IMG/VR virus record: IMGVR_UViG_3300009184_000003 | Location: 1 to 62,278 of that record | DNA: 62,278 bases | From: a virus | Taxonomy: Duplodnaviria > Caudoviricetes | Direction: 5' to 3' (one strand) | Position numbers and translations under genes: made by a program | Part shown: positions 19,215 through 27,399 of the stretch, one piece after another | Numbering within the stretch: the first letter of the stretch is position 1 | How the letters are laid out: every line of letters begins with the position of its first letter | The notes under the pieces: generated by a model | Database searches by the model: none | What the model was told of the DNA's origin: nothing | Seen by the model: only the letters and a program-made list of their open reading frames with translations

Positions 19215-19615
19215 TCGTTGTCCTTCGCTTTGAGCACCCTCAGCGCAAACTTCTCACGCTTGGCCTGCGCCTGTTCAGTGACGTCACGCATCACCTTCAG
19301 TCGCTCGTCCATCTCAACAACCACCGACCACCCGTACTTCTTGGCGGCCTCTTCATCAGTCAGATCCTCCGCGACAATCCTATCAATCAGGCTGTTACTG
19401 GGGCCGTTGTTGTATTCATGAAAGCGCACGACACCCTGATCCTCCGCGATGTACATGGCCGCATACGGTATGGCTAACAGTAGCGGCAGTGATAACCACC
19501 ACTCCATGTAGGTAGTGAATAGCAGGCCAAAAAATGCACCCGCCGCGTAAAACAAATAGAAAACTGATTTCATTAGCAATCCTTTAATTTGGCAACTGAA
19601 TAACCCATATTTCAC
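19211..19615 (-). CDS. Hypothetical membrane protein
   Basis: Two hydrophobic segments; start uncertain. Confidence 0.6.
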   Translation of the reverse strand: MKYGLFSCQIKGLLMKSVFYLFYAAGAFFGLLFTTYMEWWLSLPLLLAIPYAAMYIAEDQGVVRFHEYNNGPSNSLIDRIVAEDLTDEEAAKKYGWSVVVEMDERLKVMRDVTEQAQAKREKFALRVLKAKDNE

Positions 19616-19962
19616 GATGTGGAATCTGTCACGTTCCAGTCGTCCTCACCCTCAAAGTCTCCACGCGACATGCGCGCCCTGTTGTCCTTGATGTAATCCG
19701 GTTCATACTCATGCACCCAGACCTGTTGTAGCTCTTGATAACGCAAATAGGGCTCGTTAGGGATAAAGAGAGGCGTTGGCATCCCGTCATCCTTAACTAA
19801 GCCCAGTACGTCAGTCGGCCTGCCGTTCGCCTTCTTCCAATCCGCTCGTGCCTTACGCAGGCGCAGGTGTGCCTCATAAACATCCTGCGTCCACTGTTTC
19901 GCAAACGCCGGTGGCAGCCTCCCCAATTTAATATGAAACTCTTTTTGTTCTTGTTCTGTCAT
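19612..19962 (-). CDS. Hypothetical protein
   Basis: Coupled ORF in the middle operon. Confidence 0.65.
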   Translation of the reverse strand: MTEQEQKEFHIKLGRLPPAFAKQWTQDVYEAHLRLRKARADWKKANGRPTDVLGLVKDDGMPTPLFIPNEPYLRYQELQQVWVHEYEPDYIKDNRARMSRGDFEGEDDWNVTDSTS

Positions 19963-20204
19963 TTACGTTTTCTCCATAACTTACTCTTCGTGTCCTCAGG
20001 CGGGGTGTGCATCTTACCCTCTTCAATCGCACGCTTTAACATTTCAATCACCGCGAAATTAAGCAGGTACTTCACACCCTCCGCATTCAATCGCAGATTA
20101 CAATCCGCACTACCATCGGGGTTGTCTTTGAACTCGGTCAACTGGATCATTACGTCCTCGTTGGTGTCCCAGTCCCTCAGGTCTGCCTCGCCCACTGTGC
20201 TCAT
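19959..20204 (-). CDS. Hypothetical protein
   Basis: Coupled ORF; NPDGSADC motif. Confidence 0.65.
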   Translation of the reverse strand: MSTVGEADLRDWDTNEDVMIQLTEFKDNPDGSADCNLRLNAEGVKYLLNFAVIEMLKRAIEEGKMHTPPEDTKSKLWRKRK

Positions 20205-20407
20205 AGGTCAACTTCCTTCCCGTAATGACTCAGCACCCTCTTGAATGCTTTCCTTAGTTTTAGTATTTGCTTTTTTTCTTCCTTTTTGTCCCAGCTGAAC
20301 TTCGCTTGGTCCTTCTCGTACACTAGCCACTGCATCGCGTCCATCAGTGCTTGGACTACTATCTTGTCGGCCATCTCGTAATCCATCTCTATCATTAACT
20401 TCTGCAT
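20201..20407 (-). CDS. Hypothetical protein
   Basis: GGAG RBS, coupled stop. Confidence 0.65.
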   Translation of the reverse strand: MQKLMIEMDYEMADKIVVQALMDAMQWLVYEKDQAKFSWDKKEEKKQILKLRKAFKRVLSHYGKEVDL

Positions 20408-20552
20408 TGTTATGCTCCTCCGCTAGTGCGTTCAGTATCGCCTGTGTGTATCCCATCAGGTCTAGGTTGTCTACTTTAGGTGCGGCACCCCACACGTAAA
20501 CCATCGTGCCACCGTGCTTCTCTGCTACCTTGATTATCTGTTCTTGGTTCAT
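20208..20552 (-). CDS. Hypothetical protein (tail overlaps the next gene)
   Basis: Coupled start; C-terminal half overlaps 20201-20407. Confidence 0.45.
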   Translation of the reverse strand: MNQEQIIKVAEKHGGTMVYVWGAAPKVDNLDLMGYTQAILNALAEEHNNAEVNDRDGLRDGRQDSSPSTDGRDAVASVREGPSEVQLGQKGRKKANTKTKESIQEGAESLREGS

Positions 20553-20746
20553 CTGCGTGTGTCCCTTATCTCATTGATGACGTCTTGTAGTCGCCTGATC
20601 TCCATACGCAGGCGCTCAATCTCCCACCCCTGACTAGTTACCTTCTTCTTCAGCTCCTCGTAGGGTGATATCGGCGGCAGGTCATCAGCTATCGGATCTA
20701 ACATTATTTTCCTCCACTGGTATGTATAATGAGTTTTCAGTTTCAA
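20549..20746 (-). CDS. Small coiled-coil protein
   Basis: EIERLRMEIRRLQ; true start probably MLDPIADD. Confidence 0.55.
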   Translation of the reverse strand: MKLKTHYTYQWRKIMLDPIADDLPPISPYEELKKKVTSQGWEIERLRMEIRRLQDVINEIRDTRR

Positions 20747-21041
20747 GTATTCCTAAATCAAAATTGACCCATTTTAATCTACTAGTGATCACCTGACCTG
20801 GGGGTAGCTTCGGGTGATCAGTAGCGTTCACAATCGCATAGTACCCCTCACTTGTTTGGCGTATGGTGCAGCCCCCAGTGTAGTGCACCACAAACTTATA
20901 TCCATCGAGTGAAGGATCCTCCTCAAATTCATTTAATAGTTCTGCTATTTCCTCTTTATGCACCTTCTTCTCCTTGTGGCGCCCTTGGTTGCGCTTTGGG
21001 TTGGCTATCATGTCCCTTGCTACGGGGTTGCGCGGTTTCAT
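20685..21041 (-). CDS. Hypothetical protein
   Basis: GGAGGT RBS before MKPRNPVARD; C-terminal ETENSLY motif. Confidence 0.6.
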   Translation of the reverse strand: MKPRNPVARDMIANPKRNQGRHKEKKVHKEEIAELLNEFEEDPSLDGYKFVVHYTGGCTIRQTSEGYYAIVNATDHPKLPPGQVITSRLKWVNFDLGILETENSLYIPVEENNVRSDS

Positions 21042-21259
21042 CGTATCACCTCCACCTCGTGTGGCGTCTCTAGCCACACGCGCGCGCCACATGACAGCGG
21101 TTTGTCGGGTGAGTAGACCACCTTGGACTCGCCCTTGATGGCCACCTCATGCGCATACGTGTTGCTCTTATACGTCTTCACCGTTAACACAGGCAGCGTG
21201 TCGCCCGTCTTAGCATTATGTCGGACATTATGCTGATTTACATGCACTATCGTCTTCAT
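21038..21259 (-). CDS. Conserved phage hypothetical protein
   Basis: IVHVNQH...PVLTVK....N.YAHEV.I.G.S.VVYSPDKPLSCGARVW. Confidence 0.75.
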   Translation of the reverse strand: MKTIVHVNQHNVRHNAKTGDTLPVLTVKTYKSNTYAHEVAIKGESKVVYSPDKPLSCGARVWLETPHEVEVIR

Positions 21260-21396
21260 TGTTTGTTCTCCGCTTCTAGTTCGCGCATGTCCATCGCCAC
21301 ATCAGCGACCCCGTGCCAGTCACACCGCGCGATCATCACATGCAAATACTCAATCAAAATAGCGCGTTGAACTTCATAGCTTGAATAGTCTTTCAT
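21256..21396 (-). CDS. Small hypothetical protein (46 aa)
   Basis: Manual translation MKDYSSYEVQRAILIEYLHVMIARCDWHGVADVAMDMRELEA..; coupled. Confidence 0.6.
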   Translation of the reverse strand: MKDYSSYEVQRAILIEYLHVMIARCDWHGVADVAMDMRELEAENKQ

Positions 21397-21803
21397 ACGT
21401 TGTCATCCTTTAGTTCGGCGCCTGATAGTGCGCGCATTTCTGTTAAAAGTTTACCCAGTGGTTCTAACTTCAGTGCCCTACAACAGTTAATCGTAATCGG
21501 GTTGAACATCCTGCCCGAGTCAGACTCCTCTACCACGTCCAAGTATTTATCAAAAAACTCTTTTACCGCGAGTCGTAGTTGATCGCCTTTCTTCTGACCT
21601 ACGCGATGGCCGTTGATCCATGCGTCTGCTTCACCTGCCGTGTACTCTTGGTTCATTATGTATCCTTTCATCCATGCGGATTCTACTGGAATTGTGTTTG
21701 ATATATCTATATTCCATTCGGTCGTGCTGTTTTTGATCACTGGGTCGCTCATTTGCACCACTCCAATAAAGCCAAAAATTCGCCTGTTAATAAACCAAAA
21801 CAA
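21393..21803 (-). CDS. Hypothetical protein
   Basis: EESDSGRMFNP motif; start uncertain. Confidence 0.55.
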   Translation of the reverse strand: MFWFINRRIFGFIGVVQMSDPVIKNSTTEWNIDISNTIPVESAWMKGYIMNQEYTAGEADAWINGHRVGQKKGDQLRLAVKEFFDKYLDVVEESDSGRMFNPITINCCRALKLEPLGKLLTEMRALSGAELKDDNV

Positions 21804-21834
21804 AATCCAACGCAGATACCCATGAAATAAATTT

Positions 21835-22110
21835 TCATAACTCCTCCCCGTTCTTCTCGGCTTCTTCGTTTAAGCCTCGTATAGCGTCAGCTGCGTGGTC
21901 ATACGCCGCCGTGACCAGTTGACTGTGCCACCTCGCTAGGCTGTTGCATAGCTTGGCGTTCTCCTCCTTCTCTGCCGCACGACCCGCTAACCAACCCTCC
22001 CACGCCCAGTACGCCGGAGTCATTCGCGTGAACGGATTGTCTTCGTCATTAATTTCTCCGTTCCACCACTCATTAAATTTTGGATCTCTTGGCCATTCAG
22101 CTTTAGTCAT
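21835..22110 (-). CDS. Hypothetical protein
   Basis: FNEWW...AWEGW motif common in phage small ORFs. Confidence 0.65.
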   Translation of the reverse strand: MTKAEWPRDPKFNEWWNGEINDEDNPFTRMTPAYWAWEGWLAGRAAEKEENAKLCNSLARWHSQLVTAAYDHAADAIRGLNEEAEKNGEEL

Positions 22111-22346
22111 GACTGCCCCCTTGCGCGGATTTGATCTGCTAGTGTTGTCCTTGGCATGCCGTTACAACACCAATACTCTGCTATATCGGCACAATCTTTG
22201 CGCTCTGCTGCTGCGACTAGATTAATAAATTTCTCAAGTTCATCCATGTGTACGCCATCGCAGTATGGGGATACAATCTGATTAAGATTTTTGCTGTATT
22301 CAATTCCAGCCTCTTCCACTAATCGGATAATGTCACTTTGTGTCAT
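22107..22346 (-). CDS. Hypothetical protein
   Basis: DIIRL..EAG...AAAER..CA...IRARGQ pattern. Confidence 0.65.
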   Translation of the reverse strand: MTQSDIIRLVEEAGIEYSKNLNQIVSPYCDGVHMDELEKFINLVAAAERKDCADIAEYWCCNGMPRTTLADQIRARGQS

Positions 22347-22533
22347 TTTGGTTCCTCGCTATCATCATGGCGTCAGCCGCCTCATAAGCGGCTTTTGCAT
22401 ACACCAGTACGTCTCTGTTCGGTATTGTGTCTGTGCTTAACAAGGCCTGCACTATTGCCGTGGCAAAGTAATCTCGCAGGTCCATGCCCTGTTGGTTTAG
22501 CCCCGTCATATTTGATAATGGAAATGCTTTCAT
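22333..22533 (-). CDS. Conserved phage protein (GMDLRDYFA family)
   Basis: AFP...GMDLRDYFA...AY..ADAM..AR. Confidence 0.75.
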   Translation of the reverse strand: MKAFPLSNMTGLNQQGMDLRDYFATAIVQALLSTDTIPNRDVLVYAKAAYEAADAMMIARNQNDTK

Positions 22534-22718
22534 AGCTCCCTCGCTTTCACTAGTGCCTCAAATGTGTGCCACATGCGCTTGAACTTGTAGTCGTACACTG
22601 ACGCCAGTGCATCAAGGTCGTCAACTGTCGTGCCCATCTCGTACATCACGTGGATGTCGTCCACGATCTGCCAACACTCTAACATCTGCTGCTCTAAGTC
22701 GAATCGGTCTGTTGTCAT
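22530..22718 (-). CDS. Hypothetical protein
   Basis: DRFDLEQQ...CW...DD motif. Confidence 0.65.
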   Translation of the reverse strand: MTTDRFDLEQQMLECWQIVDDIHVMYEMGTTVDDLDALASVYDYKFKRMWHTFEALVKAREL

Positions 22719-22760
22719 TTTGATATCGCTTTATTCGCGCCCTCGTTGGTTGTTAAATAA

Positions 22761-23024
22761 TTAATCATTCGCGTTCTTCTCCCGTAGCTTAGCTTCAATA
22801 TCTTCATAAATTGCCCTTCCTGAAAAGGCACCATGAAAATGAAAATCTGATATTTCTTGTATTTCTTCTGCTGTCAAACTTACCCACTTGGTGCGGTACC
22901 ACTCCTTCTCAGAGTATAGCAGTCTAATGGTGTGCGCGGCCATCTCCCTTGCTAATTTGGAAACGGCTCCAATGTCTTCAAGCTCGTCTGCTCGTCTCAG
23001 TGCTTCAGGCTGTTTGTCAGTCAT
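22761..23024 (-). CDS. Hypothetical protein
   Basis: QPEALR.AD.L...WV.LT.EEI...IEAKLREKN. Confidence 0.65.
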   Translation of the reverse strand: MTDKQPEALRRADELEDIGAVSKLAREMAAHTIRLLYSEKEWYRTKWVSLTAEEIQEISDFHFHGAFSGRAIYEDIEAKLREKNAND

Positions 23025-23556
23025 GGTGGTCTACCTCCTCGGCTAATCTGTCGTTGTTCAATGCATCTAGGCTGATTGGTTGGCGGTGGGATACCAGTAG
23101 CAAGTCGCGGACTTGCGTGTCAGACAGTCCAGAAGCCTCTACAAGCTCTTTTTGGGTGGGCTCCCTACCGAGGCCTTGGGTGAGCTTCGTTTTCGCCTTG
23201 TAGAGCCTCCTGATGCCTTCTTGGACGTTTACTGGGATGGCGATCAGGTGCTCTTGGTTCTCGATTGCGCGAAATACCTTGCTGTAGATCACGCCCCTTG
23301 CATATGTGGCAAGTCGATGTGTCGGCTTCCACGTCCTGATGGCGCCCATCAACGCGATGTTGGCCTCTTGTATCAGGTCCTCCCTGGTCATGGAACCGGA
23401 CAGGTTCCAGTGGGGGAGGCGCTTAACTATGTAGACGGCCAGTCCCAGGTTGGAGAGCACCAACTGCTCAAAGGCCTCCTCGTCACCGTGCTCGACCATC
23501 CTACGGTGTAGCTCCTTCTCTTCATCGAACGTCAATAGCGGTTGCTTTTTTGTCAT
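23017..23556 (-). CDS. Sigma70-family factor, regions 1.2-2-3 only (lacks region 4)
   Basis: PLLTFDEEKEL, LVLSNLGLAVYIVK, EDLIQEANIALM, IAIPV, LGREPTQKEL, ISLD, then stop 15 aa later. Confidence 0.88.
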   Translation of the reverse strand: MTKKQPLLTFDEEKELHRRMVEHGDEEAFEQLVLSNLGLAVYIVKRLPHWNLSGSMTREDLIQEANIALMGAIRTWKPTHRLATYARGVIYSKVFRAIENQEHLIAIPVNVQEGIRRLYKAKTKLTQGLGREPTQKELVEASGLSDTQVRDLLLVSHRQPISLDALNNDRLAEEVDHHD

Positions 23557-23610
23557 GTTTTATTCCAGTAGGCCTTTGTATATTTAAAAGGCTATGTTAA
23601 AAGGGTGTAC

Positions 23611-23755
23611 GGCTGTTCAGGTTGTCGGGGTATGTTCACTCTATTTTATATTTTTAATTTTAAAAAATAAAAAATAAAAAATAAATAGAATAGACCCCGA
23701 CAACCTGAACAGCCAGACAAAATCAATGACTTAGCTAACACTTTGTCAGGAACTT
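23611..23755. repeat. 145-bp element A: 21-bp perfect inverted arms around a 62-bp AT-rich core plus an IHF-like site; inverted copy at 28989-29133
   Basis: GGCTGTTCAGGTTGTCGGGGT (23611-23631) / ACCCCGACAACCTGAACAGCC (23694-23714); AATCAATGACTTA at 23721-23733. Confidence 0.92.
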
Positions 23756-23764
23756 TACAAAATG

Positions 23765-23878
23765 TTAATTGTCAATAAAGCAAAGTAGTATCAAAAGGGT
23801 AACGGCACTCATGCGATAGTTGCCAAAAAACAAAATGGTGCAGAGCGCAAGACCGATGGTTGGTAAATAGCTAATCAT
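23765..23878 (-). CDS. Small hydrophobic peptide (37 aa)
   Basis: Manual translation MISYLPTIGLALCTILFFGNYRMSAVTLLILLCFIDN; AGGA RBS. Confidence 0.4.
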   Translation of the reverse strand: MISYLPTIGLALCTILFFGNYRMSAVTLLILLCFIDN

Positions 23879-23920
23879 GTCGAAATCCTAATAGTTTTAC
23901 CCGCAGGTATGGCACGTAGA

Positions 23921-24028
23921 CAGCGGTCAATAACCTCACCCCGAGTAGGGGCAAGGTAGGTGCGACCAGTCCTCAGTAAGACTAACTGCCAGAGTGATAA
24001 CTCTGGCTCGTACTTCAGGTGGGCGCTG
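23921..24028 (-). ncRNA. Candidate multi-stem structured RNA
   Basis: Three adjacent hairpins with G-U pairs that work only on the minus strand, closed by CAGC/GCUG. Confidence 0.55.
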
Positions 24029-24032
24029 ATGA

Positions 24033-24284
24033 TCATGCTGTGTACTCCTTACCATCGATACGCAGGCTGCGTATAGTGTCGCGGTTGATCGCACGGTAGC
24101 CGTCGTTCTGTACATCAAAAATCGTGATGTACTGGTTGGGGTCCAGTGTGGACGTGCCGCCCTTTAAGCGGCTAGTAACACCGAGACGACCCACCAACAC
24201 ACGCTCACTGCCGTCCTTCTTGATGAAGGTCACGGAAATGAATTTACCATTGGACTGCTCGATTAGATCTGTAAGCTTGCTCAT
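24033..24284 (-). CDS. WYL_2 / DUF2693-like Sm-fold (SH3 beta-barrel) protein
   Basis: GKFISVTFIKKDGSERVLVGRLGV...IFDVQNDGYRAIN; AAGGAG RBS. Confidence 0.7.
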   Translation of the reverse strand: MSKLTDLIEQSNGKFISVTFIKKDGSERVLVGRLGVTSRLKGGTSTLDPNQYITIFDVQNDGYRAINRDTIRSLRIDGKEYTA

Positions 24285-24331
24285 GCTGTTCTCCTTAGTT
24301 GACTGGTTAACTGTTTTGGTGCTGCTATCTA

Positions 24332-24353
24332 TATGGTCAAACGGCACCATTTA
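24332..24353 (-). promoter_or_regulatory. 22-bp early repeat copy 1 (TAAATGGTGCCGTTTGACCATA)
   Basis: Identical in five copies; precedes an A/C-rich leader and RBS. Confidence 0.75.
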
Positions 24354-24533
24354 AAAACCCATTAGCAAATAGATAATGACAAATATGAAACCGGCGATGC
24401 AAAAGCCAGTGACCATTGAGTCGGGGTCCAACCCACTGGACTCATTACCCTGCTGCGTGTGTATGGGGTTGGCCCAACTGTGGTAGGTGCACTCTTCACT
24501 GGTGCGGGGGGTTCTAAAATATGACTGTTTCAT
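24351..24533 (-). CDS. Small membrane-anchored early protein
   Basis: GGAGCACACC-ATG start; C-terminal TM segment; stop lies inside the repeat. Confidence 0.7.
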   Translation of the reverse strand: MKQSYFRTPRTSEECTYHSWANPIHTQQGNESSGLDPDSMVTGFCIAGFIFVIIYLLMGF

Positions 24534-24543
24534 GGTGTGCTCC

Positions 24544-24816
24544 TTAATTGTCGTAGTGGTCGATGTAGTTGGCGATTACACACAAGCAGCCTGCAATCAG
24601 GCCGTTTGATGCGTGATATTGTATGTCAGGCTCGCTCTCGTGCCAAGCCACAAAATTTTCAGGGAACAGCTCAGACTTGGCAAACTTGACCCTATGTTTC
24701 TGTAACAGGCGTAATCCTGGATCTGCCTCACTGGACCATGGTTGTGCCCATGTGCCTTCGATCACCGCGATGATGTAATCAAGCTTGCTCAATACTACTT
24801 TGTTATCGATTACCAT
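24544..24816 (-). CDS. Hypothetical early protein
   Basis: ORF with a GGAG upstream. Confidence 0.6.
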   Translation of the reverse strand: MVIDNKVVLSKLDYIIAVIEGTWAQPWSSEADPGLRLLQKHRVKFAKSELFPENFVAWHESEPDIQYHASNGLIAGCLCVIANYIDHYDN

Positions 24817-25052
24817 CTTGCTTCTCCGATCTGCTCAAATAGTGGTTTGTTGTAGTCAGGCACCACCTTGGTGGGTGGGTGGTACTTGATCAGGCCCTGG
24901 TCGATCATGTCCGTAGCAGTGCGCCCGAACCAACCTTGTAGGCGCCACGCGAGGCCGCTGTCCACTAGGAACTGCCACGCCTCGATGACCTGCTCTTCTG
25001 ATTCGGGGGCCTCGAAGCCCTCCGCGATACCGACTGCTAGGTAGGGTGTCAT
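24810..25052 (-). CDS. Conserved phage early protein
   Basis: AVGIAEGF...IEAWQFLVDSGLAWRLQGWFGRTA; start MTPYL. Confidence 0.7.
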   Translation of the reverse strand: MTPYLAVGIAEGFEAPESEEQVIEAWQFLVDSGLAWRLQGWFGRTATDMIDQGLIKYHPPTKVVPDYNKPLFEQIGEARW

Positions 25053-25210
25053 GCTGTCTCTCCTTTGTATGTGATGTAGCTCTCTGGTGAATTGCACTCG
25101 AAGCAGAGTGATATCGTGTTGTCTGAGTATGGATCGTTGACGTACTCAATCTCGTCCCACTCAATCACGTCCTTGCAGCACTCGCACTGCGCTTTGGTCT
25201 TGGTTTCCAT
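25049..25210 (-). CDS. Small zinc-ribbon protein
   Basis: CECC...CFEC; start METKTK. Confidence 0.6.
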   Translation of the reverse strand: METKTKAQCECCKDVIEWDEIEYVNDPYSDNTISLCFECNSPESYITYKGETA

Positions 25211-25214
25211 GATA

Positions 25215-25478
25215 TTACCTTTCTGCCTTAGCGGCTTTTTCTCGTAGGTTTTCTTCAATGTAATTGCGGCAGTTGTCTGACATGCCTGCCTCGATGTCTG
25301 GTACTGCGTTGCCGTCCATGTCGTACAAGGACCATACGACTTCGGTGTATCCGTAGTAGTCCACGTCGCTGTCCCAACTGTTGCGGTTGGGCCTCTGGTG
25401 TGTGTAGTTGGTGCTGATTGCTTGGTACTCGGTACCGCACGGTGCTTCGTAATGCGCAACTATTGGTTCTTGTTTCAT
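25215..25478 (-). CDS. Hypothetical early protein
   Basis: GGAGCACACC-ATG; WDSDVDYYGYTE motif. Confidence 0.75.
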   Translation of the reverse strand: MKQEPIVAHYEAPCGTEYQAISTNYTHQRPNRNSWDSDVDYYGYTEVVWSLYDMDGNAVPDIEAGMSDNCRNYIEENLREKAAKAER

Positions 25479-25514
25479 GGTGTGCTCCTGTTGTGTTTGT
25501 GTGCACTACATACA

Positions 25515-25536
25515 TATGGTCAAACGGCACCATTTA
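25515..25536 (-). promoter_or_regulatory. 22-bp early repeat copy 2
   Basis: Identical sequence. Confidence 0.75.
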
Positions 25537-25830
25537 GAGATTGTACCCAGTGATTATCTCCAGAACGTACTCGCGTTTTGATACTCGACGCGCGTATCCG
25601 CTGTGGCTTGGGCACCCACAGCAATCGTGCTCATGTTGGCAATATGAGTACGTGAAGTGCCGCCCGATTAAATTGCTGAGATCCTTGCTCTTGGCCGATA
25701 CAGGCGCCACGACTCGCGTCATGTACGACTTACCATCGCACCCGTCATCGCGGGTCACGCGGCCCTTCAGTAGCTTTAGGGTGATTGTATTTTCGCAATC
25801 GTCGTCTGTGTATATTTCTAATGGTGTCAT
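25534..25830 (-). CDS. Cys/His-rich early protein
   Basis: CQHEHDCCGC motif; GGAGCACACC-ATG; stop lies inside the repeat. Confidence 0.75.
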   Translation of the reverse strand: MTPLEIYTDDDCENTITLKLLKGRVTRDDGCDGKSYMTRVVAPVSAKSKDLSNLIGRHFTYSYCQHEHDCCGCPSHSGYARRVSKREYVLEIITGYNL

Positions 25831-25839
25831 GGTGTGCTC

Positions 25840-26121
25840 CTAGTATACGAATTGATCTGCTTCATCGAAAAAGGCGTTTACGCTGCTATCCATCACGGTC
25901 TCGTCAGGTTCCAGGCCATACAGGCTAACCACCGCCTTGCCTACTACCTCGCCGTCCTTATCGCGAATGGTCAGGAACGCCTCTTCAACCGACTCTATGG
26001 CCTCGATGATATCCTTGTAGCTGCTGCTGCGTACAGCCTGCCACTCTTCACCGTCGAACACGCTGACGGTGCACTCTTTGTTTAATGCGAATTTGATAAG
26101 TTGCTTGCATGCGTTTTTCAT
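25840..26121 (-). CDS. Hypothetical early protein
   Basis: VSVFDGEEW motif; GGAGCACACACC-ATG. Confidence 0.75.
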   Translation of the reverse strand: MKNACKQLIKFALNKECTVSVFDGEEWQAVRSSSYKDIIEAIESVEEAFLTIRDKDGEVVGKAVVSLYGLEPDETVMDSSVNAFFDEADQFVY

Positions 26122-26136
26122 GGTGTGTGCTCCTGA

Positions 26137-26415
26137 TTAGATTTGTGTTTCGGTCTTGGTGCCGGTGAATCCTTCATCGCTGTTGTATATCCAACGATGC
26201 GCTTTACTGATTAGCTCGAACGGGTCATAACCCTCGAATCGGTAGAGCAGTTTGCCACGGTAGCAAATATCTAAGACCATGTGTGAGGTCCCGTAGGCTC
26301 TATAGATTTTAATGGTCGCTGTTTTTGTCTTTATCATGGTGTGTGCTCCTATTAGTTGACGATTAAATTCACAATCTGCTAAACCATGCTGTTGCATTTC
26401 TTGTAATAAGCTCAT
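26137..26415 (-). CDS. Hypothetical early protein (alternative internal start at 26337)
   Basis: Two in-frame GGAGCAC RBS/ATG modules. Confidence 0.65.
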   Translation of the reverse strand: MSLLQEMQQHGLADCEFNRQLIGAHTMIKTKTATIKIYRAYGTSHMVLDICYRGKLLYRFEGYDPFELISKAHRWIYNSDEGFTGTKTETQI

Positions 26416-26430
26416 TTGTCTGTGCTCCTA

Positions 26431-26667
26431 TTATTTGAATGATTTATAAAAACTTATGAACTCTGCTTTGTTGGCACGGGCGATCACGAAAAATTCTACG
26501 ATCTCGCCCTCTTTGTCGCCGACCTCAGCGCAGTTGGTACTGGGGTAGCCGCTGCCACTCAGTGCATCTGAGATGGCCTCCACGGCGTCAGCGCCGCCCT
26601 CTATGGCCATCAGCACCGTGCCGCGAGGTATGTCTGCACCGTGCTTGCTAATTTCGTATGCTTTCAT
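26431..26667 (-). CDS. Hypothetical early protein
   Basis: GGAG RBS. Confidence 0.65.
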   Translation of the reverse strand: MKAYEISKHGADIPRGTVLMAIEGGADAVEAISDALSGSGYPSTNCAEVGDKEGEIVEFFVIARANKAEFISFYKSFK

Positions 26668-26669
26668 AA

Positions 26670-26942
26670 TTATCTCCCCAGTGCTTTGTTGATATAGTCG
26701 TCAGCAAATATGCTGAAACCGCCGATGTTCCACTTTATTACGTCCTGTGGCTTGCAGCTCTGCTTCCAGTCATAGACGCTAACCACGGTGCCGTCAGCGA
26801 ACTTCAGGCGCCACTCTGCCTGCGTCTTGTAGTCGTCGCCGCGCTCTGGCTCACCGAAGGCATCTACTAGGTCCCAGTAGCTTGCCTCAATGTAACCCTG
26901 CAGTGATGTGCCGTCGGTGTTTGCGTGTGTTGTGAATTGCAT
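26670..26942 (-). CDS. Conserved phage early protein
   Basis: GTSLQGYI..SY.DLV..FGEP...D.K...EW...F.DGTV..VYDWK. Confidence 0.75.
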   Translation of the reverse strand: MQFTTHANTDGTSLQGYIEASYWDLVDAFGEPERGDDYKTQAEWRLKFADGTVVSVYDWKQSCKPQDVIKWNIGGFSIFADDYINKALGR

Positions 26943-26984
26943 GGTGTGCTCCTGTTATGGTTGTGAAGTTGTGCTGCATATACA

Positions 26985-27006
26985 TATGGTCAAACGGCAC
27001 CATTTA
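26985..27006 (-). promoter_or_regulatory. 22-bp early repeat copy 3
   Basis: Identical sequence. Confidence 0.75.
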
Positions 27007-27328
27007 GCTCTTCGATGAATTTTGTTGCGCTATCGATATCGCGGCGGATACCGCGAATGGTAATTTCCAATGCGATGCGGCTCACGCGCTTTTTACTGAC
27101 CAGTGCGAGCAGGTCGTCAGTGTAGTGCGAATTCAGTGCACCGTAAGCGATATGGGCTCCGGTCTTGGCGTTGCCTGCCTCGACCAGTGCATCGATCTGC
27201 GCGTCAGTGATTTTTTTCTGGGCCCAGATGCCGTTCTGATTGAAGCAGTGGAACAGTGCTCTTTCCTTGTTACTCCACCCGCGTTGTACTTCGGTTGCTG
27301 TATTCAGTATTTTGTCAATTTTGCTCAT
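26990..27328 (-). CDS. Hypothetical early protein
   Basis: GGAGCACACC-ATG (MSKIDK); ends on a TGA inside the repeat. Confidence 0.7.
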   Translation of the reverse strand: MSKIDKILNTATEVQRGWSNKERALFHCFNQNGIWAQKKITDAQIDALVEAGNAKTGAHIAYGALNSHYTDDLLALVSKKRVSRIALEITIRGIRRDIDSATKFIEELNGAV

Positions 27329-27347
27329 GGTGTGCTCCGTGGTTGTT

Positions 27348-27399
27348 GGTCTCATCAGTGGCAGCCTGACTGCCAGACCGGCTCACGCCGGTTTCGACC
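27348..27399 (-). ncRNA. Type II hammerhead ribozyme 1
   Basis: GGUC-GAAA-CCGGC-GUGA-GCCGG-UC^-UGGCAG-UCAGG-CUGCCA-CUGAUGA-GACC; complete catalytic core. Confidence 0.93.

Noticed and set aside
6311-23511. Plus-strand short ORFs across the replication block (and minus-strand ORFs in the late block)
   Set aside because: Antisense to well-supported genes, without RBS or motifs
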